Shown: positions 27,948 through 36,099 of the stretch, piece after piece
Position numbering within the stretch: position 1 is the first letter of the stretch
Layout: each line of letters opens with the position of its first letter
Assembly: GCA_963709475.1 (NCBI GenBank)
Contig: CAVPWI010000009.1
Coordinates: 276,625 to 340,624 of the forward strand
Reading direction: 5' to 3'
Source: an uncultured Solirubrobacterales bacterium
GTDB lineage: Bacteria; Actinomycetota; Thermoleophilia; Solirubrobacterales; 70-9
DNA: 64,000 bases
Position numbers and translations under genes: made by a program
Notes under the pieces: generated by a model
Database searches by the model: none
What the model saw: the letters and a program-made list of their open reading frames with translations, nothing else
What the model was told of the DNA's origin: nothing

Positions 27948-29179
27948 ATCCGGTCCGCAGCGGAGTCCTGCGCTTCCTCGACGGCATCGGCTACGGCTCG
28001 ATCCGGATCGTCGAGGCCGGCAGTGTCCACCTGATCGGCAGGGGCAACCCCGGGCCCACCGTGGAGGTGCAGGTCCACTCGCCGAAGATCTGGACGCGGA
28101 TGCTGAGGGGCAGCACCGGTATGGCCGAAAGCTACATCTCAGGCGAATGGGACTGCGACGATCTGGTCGGATTGGCGACCCTCGCCGGACACAACCTCGA
28201 ACGCCTGGATCGCGTGCGGCGGCCCTTCCACGGTCTGGTCGGCCCGGTCCAGCGACTCGGTCTGACGATGCCGCGGACCACCAAGTCCAGGGGCAGGCGC
28301 CAGATCGCCGCCCACTACGACCTCGGCAACGACCTCTTCTCGCTCTTCCTCGACCCGTCGATGAACTACTCCTCAGGGATCTACGTCGATCCGGCGGACG
28401 ACCTCGAACAGGCCCAGCTGAACAAGATGAACCGCATCGCCGACCGGCTCGAGGTCGGACCCGAGCACCATCTGCTCGAGATCGGCACCGGCTGGGGCGG
28501 GCTGGCGGTCCACATCGCCACCAGAACCGGATGCCGGATCACGACCACGACGATCTCGAAGGAGCAGGCGGTACTCGCCCGTCAGAGAGTTGAAGCGGCG
28601 GGTCTGGCGGATCGGATCGATGTCGTCGAGGTCGACTACCGCGACCTGACCGGGACCTATGACCGGCTCGTTTCGGTCGAAATGATCGAAGCGGTGGGCT
28701 GGAAGGATTTTCCGACCTACTTCAACAAATGCTCTTCGCTGCTGAAGCCCGGCGGCGCAATGCTGCTCCAGGCGATCGTCATCGATGACGACGCGTACGA
28801 GCTGGAGAAGGCTTCGAGGAGCTTCATCAGCCATTTCATCTTCCCCGGTGGCTGTCTGCCGTCGGTCGCCGAGATCACCCGTTGCCTCGGCTCCGAGACC
28901 GACATGCGTACCGCCTGGATGGATGACATCGGCGATGACTACGCCCGCACGCTCTCAGACTGGCGCGACCGTTTCCTGGCGGTCACCGATCAGCTCGAGG
29001 AGCTCGGCTACGACCTGCGCTTCAGGCGCATGTGGATGCTCTATCTCGCTTTCGCCGAAGGAGGATTCCGCTCAGGCCGAAACGGAGACGTCCAGATGCT
29101 GCTCGCCAAGCCGGGCTTCTCGTCCGCGGGCAGGTCCGCGGATCAGGCCGGGCGCGTCGTGAGCCAGCCTTCGGGGTAG
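27935..29179 (+). CDS. cyclopropane-fatty-acyl-phospholipid synthase family methyltransferase
   Basis: The start overlaps the DUF1365 stop. Conserved HYDLGNDLF...MNYSSG, SAM motif LLEIGTGWGGLA and FIFPGG..PS. Confidence 0.85.
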   Translation: MSRLNPVRSGVLRFLDGIGYGSIRIVEAGSVHLIGRGNPGPTVEVQVHSPKIWTRMLRGSTGMAESYISGEWDCDDLVGLATLAGHNLERLDRVRRPFHGLVGPVQRLGLTMPRTTKSRGRRQIAAHYDLGNDLFSLFLDPSMNYSSGIYVDPADDLEQAQLNKMNRIADRLEVGPEHHLLEIGTGWGGLAVHIATRTGCRITTTTISKEQAVLARQRVEAAGLADRIDVVEVDYRDLTGTYDRLVSVEMIEAVGWKDFPTYFNKCSSLLKPGGAMLLQAIVIDDDAYELEKASRSFISHFIFPGGCLPSVAEITRCLGSETDMRTAWMDDIGDDYARTLSDWRDRFLAVTDQLEELGYDLRFRRMWMLYLAFAEGGFRSGRNGDVQMLLAKPGFSSAGRSADQAGRVVSQPSG

Positions 29180-29886
29180 GCACCGGCCGGCACCAGGCCC
29201 GCGTAGTCGCGGAAGTTCCGCATCGCAACGCGCTCGGCTGCCGTGCCTTCGAGAAGCGGATGGAGGTCGGCGACTGTCAAGAGGACCCTGGCAGTAGCGC
29301 CGATCTGGAAATCTGCGGCGGTAGGGGTCTCGCCATCGATCAGACCCTGCTCGGCGAAGCCTTCGATCCTGTCGACCATGCCGGGCAGGGCTGACAGGTC
29401 ATCGGCCGTCTGCACGGCGGAAATACCGTGGTACTTCCAGGTTGCCCGGATGAACTTGATCGCGTAGTCGGTGCCTGCCGGATCGAGTGCTCCGGCTCCA
29501 CCGAAGCTGCCCAGCGCCTCCGGCCGGAAATGGAGAGCCGACCAGGGCAGTCGCCGGCCGAAGTCCTGGAAGTCTCCGTCGGCCCAGAGTTCGGCCTCCC
29601 GGACGGCCTCACCGGTCGCCTCGGGGTAGAGCGGATCCTCCGGGTATTCCTGTTCGAGCTTCCAGAGGATCGCGGTCGACCCGTGGACCGTCTCTCCACC
29701 CAGGGTCATGCCCGGCACGGTCCGTCGGCCTTCACCGTAGATCCGTTCGACCTCCTCCTGGTGTTTGCCCATCGCGAGATTGACCAGTTCGTAGGTGAGC
29801 CCCTTGTGTTTGAGCGCCGCTTCGGCCGCCATACACGGGTGCGAGGGTGGCAGGACGTGGAGGGTGATCGGCTGGGAGGGGGACAT
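29143..29886 (-). CDS. glutathione S-transferase family protein
   Basis: Start re-set to ATG 29886. Thioredoxin-like N-domain (ITLHVLPPSHPCMAAEAALKHKGLTYELV). The 3' end overlaps the convergent CFA synthase gene by 37 nt. Confidence 0.6.
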   Translation of the reverse strand: MSPSQPITLHVLPPSHPCMAAEAALKHKGLTYELVNLAMGKHQEEVERIYGEGRRTVPGMTLGGETVHGSTAILWKLEQEYPEDPLYPEATGEAVREAELWADGDFQDFGRRLPWSALHFRPEALGSFGGAGALDPAGTDYAIKFIRATWKYHGISAVQTADDLSALPGMVDRIEGFAEQGLIDGETPTAADFQIGATARVLLTVADLHPLLEGTAAERVAMRNFRDYAGLVPAGAYPEGWLTTRPA

Positions 29887-29950
29887 CGGACAACAGTAAT
29901 CCGTGGGACCACCTGACCGCAAGGGCTGGCCGACTCGCTACGGTTCAACA

Positions 29951-30328
29951 ATGAACTTGCGCATCGCAGTGAACACCGGTTTTGGCCTGAGTCGCATCCT
30001 GTTCGGGGCCGTGGCGGCCACCGTGCCGGAGAAGATCGGGGAGACGTGGGTCGGTGAGGACGCGTTTCGTGCCTCGAACAAGACGGTTTTCCGGGCGATG
30101 GGGTTCCGGGACATCGCGCTCGGACTCGGTGCCACCGAGGCGGCCCTGCGTGACCAGGCCGGACCGTGGCTCGCCGTATCGCTGCTTGCCGACATCGGCG
30201 ACGTTGCTGCGACCCTCATTTCGGTCAACGGAATCGACCGCAAGGGCGTGATCACCACGTCCGTGCTCGCCGGTTCGGCCGCCGTCGCCGCCGCGACCCT
30301 GCTGGCGATCGACATGAACTCCGACTGA
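29951..30328 (+). CDS. small hydrophobic protein (possibly DUF4267-like)
   Basis: Start re-set to ATG 29951. 125 aa with 3-4 hydrophobic segments. Confidence 0.4.
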   Translation: MNLRIAVNTGFGLSRILFGAVAATVPEKIGETWVGEDAFRASNKTVFRAMGFRDIALGLGATEAALRDQAGPWLAVSLLADIGDVAATLISVNGIDRKGVITTSVLAGSAAVAAATLLAIDMNSD

Positions 30329-30336
30329 GCAGTCCT

Positions 30337-31197
30337 GTGACGGGGGCCGATGCCGCGATGGCACCCGATCCGCATGGTGCGCTCGCAGTCCCTCTGGGCG
30401 ACGGCTCCGGGGCGGGCGTATCGCACTTCGAACTCGGCGACCCGGCGCGGGGGCCGTGGCGCCCCGACGCCGCTCACGGCGGTGCCCCGGCGGCCTTGCT
30501 CGCCCGGGCTATAGAAGCCGAGGCGGCCGGCAAGGGTCTGAGACTGGCCTCTTTCCAGAGCGTCTTTCTCGGTCCGGTCATGCTCGGTCCGGTCGAGTTG
30601 ACCGTCGAAGTCGCGAAGCCCGGTAGGCGCCAGATGGTGGTCTCCGCCGGGCTCTCGGCCGGTGGTCGGACTCTGATTGAAGCTCGTGGGGTCCTGCTCA
30701 GGAAGGGAAGTATCGAGCTCCCACGGGAAGCGGACCTGAGCCCGGACGAGGGGGAGCCGATGCCCGCACCGGAATCTCTCCGAAAGATCGAAGAGGGGCG
30801 CTGGGGAAACGATGGCGAGACGGCGTTTCACAAGACTTCGAACACGATCCGGGCGGTTCAGGGTGGCCCCGAACAGGTGCGTCCGGACGGGTCGGCCTGG
30901 TTTCGCCTCGACAGCCCGGTCGTTCCCGGGGAGCTGCCGTCACCCGCCGTTCGGGCGATTGCCGCTGCTGACTTCGGCAACGGCCTGGCTCATCCCGTTC
31001 CTTTCGGGGAGTACGTCTTCGTCAACTGCGATCTCAACGTCTGGCTGCTGCGCGAGCCGGTCGACGAGTGGATCGGACTGCGCTCGGTGACCGAGGTATC
31101 GCCGAACGGGTCGGGGGTCACCCGAACCGAGCTCCACGATCGTCAGGGGCGTTTCGGCACCGCGGGTCAGTCGCTCTACGTCGATCTCGCCGGCTGA
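30337..31197 (+). CDS. acyl-CoA thioesterase-like (double hot-dog) protein
   Basis: GTG 30337 or ATG 30358 start. The pattern AHGGAPAALLARA...V.V.RPGRR resembles the TesB-like/4HBT_3 family. Confidence 0.5.
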   Translation: MTGADAAMAPDPHGALAVPLGDGSGAGVSHFELGDPARGPWRPDAAHGGAPAALLARAIEAEAAGKGLRLASFQSVFLGPVMLGPVELTVEVAKPGRRQMVVSAGLSAGGRTLIEARGVLLRKGSIELPREADLSPDEGEPMPAPESLRKIEEGRWGNDGETAFHKTSNTIRAVQGGPEQVRPDGSAWFRLDSPVVPGELPSPAVRAIAAADFGNGLAHPVPFGEYVFVNCDLNVWLLREPVDEWIGLRSVTEVSPNGSGVTRTELHDRQGRFGTAGQSLYVDLAG

Positions 31198-31583
31198 CGG
31201 ACCAGCGACTGGAACAGGCGTTTCAATTCGGCGCCCGGATCGGCGGTGAGCCCGGCGTGAACCTCGGACGGCTGGATCGCAGTCGAGGAGGGCGCGACCA
31301 GCCAGCCGAATCGCTCCGACTGAGGCAGCTCGGCCAGCGGGCCGGCTGCCGGGTCGCCGTCGATAACGGCGGCGATCTGATCCAGTCGCTGGGCCATCGG
31401 CGTCGGATCCAGCCCGGGTGCGAAGGCCTCGAGCCGGTCCGGATCCACCCCGGTCTTCATCGCCAGGAAGCCTGCCTGTCGACAGAAGAGCACCACGCCG
31501 ATGTTCAGACACTCGCCGCGTTCGATCGATGGCACAGCCCGGAGCAGCGCGTACGAGAAAGGGAGTTTTCTGGAATCAGGCAT
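31176..31583 (-). CDS. DUF3037 domain-containing protein
   Basis: 135 aa. The N-terminal FSYALLRAVPSIERGECLNIGVVLF matches my recollection of DUF3037. The start overlaps the upstream kinase gene by 8 nt. Confidence 0.65.
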   Translation of the reverse strand: MPDSRKLPFSYALLRAVPSIERGECLNIGVVLFCRQAGFLAMKTGVDPDRLEAFAPGLDPTPMAQRLDQIAAVIDGDPAAGPLAELPQSERFGWLVAPSSTAIQPSEVHAGLTADPGAELKRLFQSLVRQPARST

Positions 31584-32322
31584 CTTGCTCGAGGTCTTTT
31601 TCGATCTGGTCGCGGTTCCTCAGGCGGGATTCGATAAAGAGCCTGAACTGCTCTCTCGCCCCCTCCGGGTCCGGACCGAGCCATTCTGACGGAATCGAGG
31701 CCACCGAATCGCCGACCGCCTCGAATGCGGGCCCACTCAATCGCTCTGCAACTTCGTGAACCGGGCCCGCATGCGGGAGCAGTACGTGGTCGGCAAGCAT
31801 CGGGGTCGGCCGGTCCGCCGTCACCGACAGAGGAACTGCCCCGTGCTGGCGGAAGAAAGCGGCGCCGTGGTCGATCAGCCAGACGCGGCCATGCCAGGTG
31901 AGCAGGTTCGGGTTGCGGGGGGTGCGGTCGATGTTGGTGGTCAGCCAGTCGAACCAGACGATCGCCGCGGCCTCGCCGGGGTCGATGCTCGCGGCGGCTG
32001 AATCAAAAGGCAGCGCACCGGGCAGGAAGTCCATCCCGACGTTGTTCCCGTGGCTGGCCTCGATCAGCTCCTTGATCTCGGGGTCCGGTTCGGCGTGACC
32101 GAGTTCCGGGGCGACCGATATCACCACCAGCTCGGGAATGTTAAGCCCGATCGCGCGGCCCAGCTCCCCCGCGACCACCTCTGAAACCAGTGCTCCGGGG
32201 CCCTGTCCGGCGCCCCGGAATTTGACTGCGTAGAGCCCGTCGTCGTCGGCTTCGACCAGTCCCGGCAGCGAACCGCCCTCGCGCAGGGCGGTCACGTATC
32301 TGGTCGCCTGTACGTGACGCAT
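31576..32322 (-). CDS. short HipA-like (HipA_2-type) kinase-fold protein
   Basis: 248 aa. Catalytic-loop-like TNIDRTPRNPNLL and metal-binding-like WLIDHG. The long HipA N-terminal domain is absent. Confidence 0.6.
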   Translation of the reverse strand: MRHVQATRYVTALREGGSLPGLVEADDDGLYAVKFRGAGQGPGALVSEVVAGELGRAIGLNIPELVVISVAPELGHAEPDPEIKELIEASHGNNVGMDFLPGALPFDSAAASIDPGEAAAIVWFDWLTTNIDRTPRNPNLLTWHGRVWLIDHGAAFFRQHGAVPLSVTADRPTPMLADHVLLPHAGPVHEVAERLSGPAFEAVGDSVASIPSEWLGPDPEGAREQFRLFIESRLRNRDQIEKDLEQDA

Positions 32323-32405
32323 CGCTGAAGCTTCGCAGGTGGGTAGGCTGCAGCGGTCTCGATGACTTTCAATGTCTCCCCGTTTCCCGAAATAGAAGGG
32401 TCTTG

Positions 32406-33056
32406 ATGTCCACGTTCACTGAGGCGGCTTCGTCTGCCCGAGTTCCCGTAATCGCCGACGCTTTCGCCAACAGCCGTGTACGCACCGCGCTGATGGTTCT
32501 GGGTGGTGCCCTGTTCACGGCACTCATGGCCCAGATCGTCATCCCGATGACTCCGGTCCCGATGACCGGACAGACCCTCGCGGTCGTCCTGGTCGGTGCG
32601 GCACTCGGCTGGAAGCGCGGCATGGCCGCCCTGACCCTGTACATGGTTCTCGGCTTCTTCCTGCCCTTCTTCGCGGAGGGAGGAACCGGAATCGAGAAGG
32701 TCAGCGAGATCGGCACCGTCGCCGGTGCCACCGGTGGCTACATCATCGGCTTCATCTTCGCTGCCGGCGCCGTCGGCTGGCTCGCCGAGCACGGCAGCGA
32801 CCGCAAGTACGTGACCGCCTTCCTGTCTTTTGTGGTCGGACAGCTGATCATCTTCGGCTTCGGTCTGGTCGGCCTGAAGATGGCCGCCCCGGAGCTGGTC
32901 GAAGCAGGCTTCATGACCAGCGCAAGCTGGAGCACCGTGATCCACGACGGCTTCACGATCTTCATCATCGGCGGCCTGGTCAAGGCTGCGATCGGCGCCC
33001 TGCTGATGCCGACGGCCTGGAAGATTCTCGAGTCGAACAAGAAGGCGCAGGACTGA
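32406..33056 (+). CDS. bioY: biotin transporter BioY
   Basis: Six-TM ECF S-component pattern (VPMTGQTLAVVLVGA.LG...G......Y...G..GLP.F; GGYIIGF). No bioMN is adjacent. Confidence 0.8.
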   Translation: MSTFTEAASSARVPVIADAFANSRVRTALMVLGGALFTALMAQIVIPMTPVPMTGQTLAVVLVGAALGWKRGMAALTLYMVLGFFLPFFAEGGTGIEKVSEIGTVAGATGGYIIGFIFAAGAVGWLAEHGSDRKYVTAFLSFVVGQLIIFGFGLVGLKMAAPELVEAGFMTSASWSTVIHDGFTIFIIGGLVKAAIGALLMPTAWKILESNKKAQD

Positions 33057-33151
33057 GGCGAAGTCTGATCGGCCTCCGGGCCGGATAGGCTGCGTTGACA
33101 GGGGTCGCCCGGATACCGGGCGTCCCGAACGTGACTTGAAAGGAACCACCC

Positions 33152-33541
33152 TTGCTTCTCGCTGCATACGAACTCGGTGACGCACTGCTCACCGCCCTGG
33201 CGATCTTCTTTTTCGTCATCTGGATCTGGATCGTTATCGCGATCCTCATGGACCTGTTCCGCGACCACGATCTCGGCGGCTGGTCGAAGGCCATCTGGGT
33301 CCTGTTCTTCATCGTCTTCCCACCGATAACCGCGTTGGTCTATCTGATCTTCCGCGGCTCCGGCATGCGGCAGAGGGCGATCAAGGACCAGGTCGAGTCG
33401 AAGAAGCAGTTCGACGAGTACGTCCGTGAGACCGCCGCCACCTCGCCGGTTGACGAGCTCCACAAGCTCGACCAGCTCAAGCAGAGCGGTGGAATCACCG
33501 AGGACGAGTACAACCAGATGAAGGCCAAGATCCTCGCCTGA
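33152..33541 (+). CDS. PLDc_N-like two-TM domain fused to a SHOCT domain
   Basis: TTG start after GAAAGGAA. The two-TM N-terminus ends in W.K..WVLFFIVFP.I.ALVYLIFR. C-terminal SHOCT motif LKQSGGITEDEYNQMKAKIL. Confidence 0.65.
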   Translation: MLLAAYELGDALLTALAIFFFVIWIWIVIAILMDLFRDHDLGGWSKAIWVLFFIVFPPITALVYLIFRGSGMRQRAIKDQVESKKQFDEYVRETAATSPVDELHKLDQLKQSGGITEDEYNQMKAKILA

Positions 33542-33565
33542 TCCGGAATACGATCGACGCTTCAG

Positions 33566-33599
33566 GACCGGCCGCGCAACTGCGCGGCCGGTCTGCGTT
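33566..33599 (+). terminator. intrinsic terminator downstream of the SHOCT-domain gene
   Basis: 12-bp stem GACCGGCCGCGC-AACT-GCGCGGCCGGTC followed by TGCGTTT. Confidence 0.7.
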
Positions 33600-33637
33600 T
33601 CGGGCCGAAGCCCGCGATGGGCGCTGACTAGACTTGC

Positions 33638-34732
33638 GTGGTGTCCCGAGCACTGCTCACAGTCATCTCGCTCGCCCTTGCCCTCGTGGTCGTCGTGGTG
33701 GGCGTGGCAGCGCTGAACCCCGCTGACAATGAGTCCGCTCCTACCGGGTCCGGGGCGACGGAAACCGACGAAACCGCCCAGACGGCGGTCCTGCCGGATT
33801 CCTCCGATTTCCTCACGGGCTTCAACCTCACCGCGTATACGACCGGGGGCTACGCCGGTCCGGAGGTCGAGCAGGACATCGACCGTCTGAAGGAACTCGG
33901 CAGCAATACCGTGGTGCTTGTACCGACCTGGTACATGGACACCGCCGACTCCGACAGGATCGCCCCCGACGACCAGAAGACCCCCGACGACGCCGGCCTT
34001 TCCCAGACGATCGCCTCTGCCCGTGAGGCCGGGCTGCAGGTCATGGTCAAGCCTCATGTTGACGTGCTCGACGGGACCTTCCGCGGCGACATCCAGCCTT
34101 CCGACCGGGCCGCCTGGTTCAGGTCCTACGAGAGTTTCATCGGACGGTACGCGGACCTCGCCGCTTCCGGCGGCGCCGAGATGTTCTCGGTCGGCACCGA
34201 GTTGAAGTCGCTCTCGACCGATACCGAAGCCTGGAATGCGGTGATCGAAACCGTCCGAAGCCGCTTCGGCGGTGAGCTCACCTACTCGGCCAACTGGGAC
34301 GAGGTCTGGCAGGTGCAGTTCTGGGAGCAGCTCGACATGATCGGTGTGGACGCCTACTTCCCGCTCTCGCAGGAAGGTGAACAGCCCACGGCCGACTCCC
34401 TGGCTGCGGCCTGGCAGCCCAACGTAGATGCGCTGGGTGGCCTGAGCGAACGCAGCGGCCTGCCGGTGCTCCTGACCGAGGTCGGATACCCCAGCCAGGC
34501 AGGATCGACCGCCCACCCCTGGGAGGTCCGGCAGGGTGACCCCGCGGATCCGGAGCTGCAGGCGCTGGCCTATCAGGCAGCCTTCGATGCTTTCGCAGAC
34601 GAACCGTGGCTGCGTGGCATCCTCTGGTGGAGCTGGCGGGCCGACCCCAAGTCTGCGGAGCAGGTCAAGCTCGAGTACACGCCTGAGGGCAAGCCGGCAG
34701 AGGCTGTCTTCGAGGCTGAATCGGCCCCCTGA
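33638..34732 (+). CDS. putative TIM-barrel glycoside hydrolase (clan GH-A, GH113-like)
   Basis: N-terminal TM/signal segment. Candidate acid/base GTELK and nucleophile LLTEVGY, then WWSW near the C-terminus. Confidence 0.45.
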   Translation: MVSRALLTVISLALALVVVVVGVAALNPADNESAPTGSGATETDETAQTAVLPDSSDFLTGFNLTAYTTGGYAGPEVEQDIDRLKELGSNTVVLVPTWYMDTADSDRIAPDDQKTPDDAGLSQTIASAREAGLQVMVKPHVDVLDGTFRGDIQPSDRAAWFRSYESFIGRYADLAASGGAEMFSVGTELKSLSTDTEAWNAVIETVRSRFGGELTYSANWDEVWQVQFWEQLDMIGVDAYFPLSQEGEQPTADSLAAAWQPNVDALGGLSERSGLPVLLTEVGYPSQAGSTAHPWEVRQGDPADPELQALAYQAAFDAFADEPWLRGILWWSWRADPKSAEQVKLEYTPEGKPAEAVFEAESAP

Positions 34733-34866
34733 GGGCCGGGCCGGTTCCGTCTGCGCCACCGGCCGGATCCCTCCGGCTGCATGGGATATCCCAGTCCGCA
34801 AACCTGGGCTGAACCGAGGGCGGGCTCCAGCTAGCTTGCCTGTCCCGCCGGAAACGGCCATGCCTG

Positions 34867-36099
34867 ATGCCAGAAGCAAGTCCATACAAGCGAGGTGGCA
34901 GTCGCCGCCACAGATTGCTCGTGGCCGCCTCGATGGCGGCCGTCGTTGTCTGCCTGCCTTTCGTCGCCGGTGATCCGGCGGGAGCCCTCACTCCACAGCA
35001 GCGCTACGACAGAGCCCAGGAACGACTGGATGACATCGCCGGCTCGGTCGATCAGCTGCGTTCTCAGATCAGCGCCGACAACCGCAGGGTAGACCAGCTG
35101 CTCGGCGAGCTGGCCGGCCTGCGGACCACGGCCTCGACGCTTACAGCCGAACTCGAGGCCCGTCAGGCTCGCCTGGACCGGATGGAAGCCGACCTGAAGG
35201 CCGGAAGGGCCCACCTGGTGAAGGTGCGGGACCGGATGGAGCGCGCCCTCGATGTTCTGAGAAAACAGCTCGTCGCGCTCTACATGGCAGGCACGCCCGA
35301 CGTGACCGAGATGGTCCTCGGCTCCTCCGATTTCGCCGAGGTTGTCTCCAGTACCGAGTACGTCGAGAGCATTCAGGATCGTGATGAGGCCGTCGTTCGC
35401 CGGGTCAGGGGCCTGCGCGAGCAGATCGAGCGCGCGGTTGCGCGCATGGAAGTGCAGCAGCAGAGGCTCCAGCGGGCGCGTGACTCGATCGCCGTGGAGC
35501 AGCAGGCCGCGGTCGAGGCCCGCGACCGGGTCGAGGCCCAGCGAGCCGAGTTTCTGGCCACCAGAGACATGCGTGAGCAGAGGATCGACGCCCTGCGGGA
35601 ACGCGCGGGCACGATCGAAGGCAACCTCCCGGATCTCAGCCTCGACCCTGCCAGCAGCTCGGCCCCGGCTGCTCCGGCCCCGGTGTCAGGTCAGACTGCG
35701 GTTCTCGGAGCCGACGGCCTCGCAGCGGCACCTTCCGGGGCTCCCCAGGCCGTCAAGGACGCGATCGCCGCCGCCAATGCGATCGTCGGCATGCCATACC
35801 TGTGGGGAGGAGGGCACGGATCCTTCGAGTCTTCCGGCTACGACTGCTCCGGCGCGATCAGCTACGCACTCCACGGCGGCGGACTGCTGACCAGCCCCCT
35901 GGACTCAACCGGCTTCACGACCTGGGGTGAGCCGGGCGAGGGAAACTGGATCACGGTCTACGGCAACTCCGGTCACGCCTACGCCGTGATCGCGGGCCTG
36001 CGCTGGGATACCTCGGACACCGGGGGCACAGGGCCCAGATGGCACAGCGACCTGCGCGACAACTCCGGCTTCATCGCCCGCCACCCGTCGGGTCTCTGA
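34867..36099 (+). CDS. coiled-coil cell-wall hydrolase with C-terminal NlpC/P60-like domain
   Basis: Signal/TM segment, about 230 aa of heptad-rich sequence, then PYLWGGGHG....GYDCSG (catalytic Cys context). Confidence 0.7.
   Translation: MPEASPYKRGGSRRHRLLVAASMAAVVVCLPFVAGDPAGALTPQQRYDRAQERLDDIAGSVDQLRSQISADNRRVDQLLGELAGLRTTASTLTAELEARQARLDRMEADLKAGRAHLVKVRDRMERALDVLRKQLVALYMAGTPDVTEMVLGSSDFAEVVSSTEYVESIQDRDEAVVRRVRGLREQIERAVARMEVQQQRLQRARDSIAVEQQAAVEARDRVEAQRAEFLATRDMREQRIDALRERAGTIEGNLPDLSLDPASSSAPAAPAPVSGQTAVLGADGLAAAPSGAPQAVKDAIAAANAIVGMPYLWGGGHGSFESSGYDCSGAISYALHGGGLLTSPLDSTGFTTWGEPGEGNWITVYGNSGHAYAVIAGLRWDTSDTGGTGPRWHSDLRDNSGFIARHPSGL

Noticed and set aside
31576-32322. Canonical HipBA toxin-antitoxin locus
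   Set aside because: No HipB-like Xre/HTH antitoxin gene is adjacent. The kinase is about half the length of HipA and its partner lies downstream, not upstream. It is reported instead as an uncharacterised module.
34733-34866. Possible c-di-AMP (ydaO-type) riboswitch upstream of the NlpC/P60 hydrolase; 42271-42408 between the opu operon and the M23 gene was checked for the same thing
   Set aside because: These gene classes are typical ydaO targets. I see loose resemblances (TGGGCTGAACC, CCAGCTAGC), but I could not assemble the conserved ACGGGG/GAAUC/CAGCUAACCUCGUAAGCG blocks or the pseudo-twofold helices. An Infernal scan with RF00379 would settle it; a hit above the gathering threshold would overturn this rejection.
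32738-34885. 715-aa minus-strand ORF
   Set aside because: It lies antisense to bioY, the SHOCT gene and the glycoside-hydrolase-like gene, all of which have recognisable motifs. It has no motif or domain of its own and its composition is an artefact of high GC.
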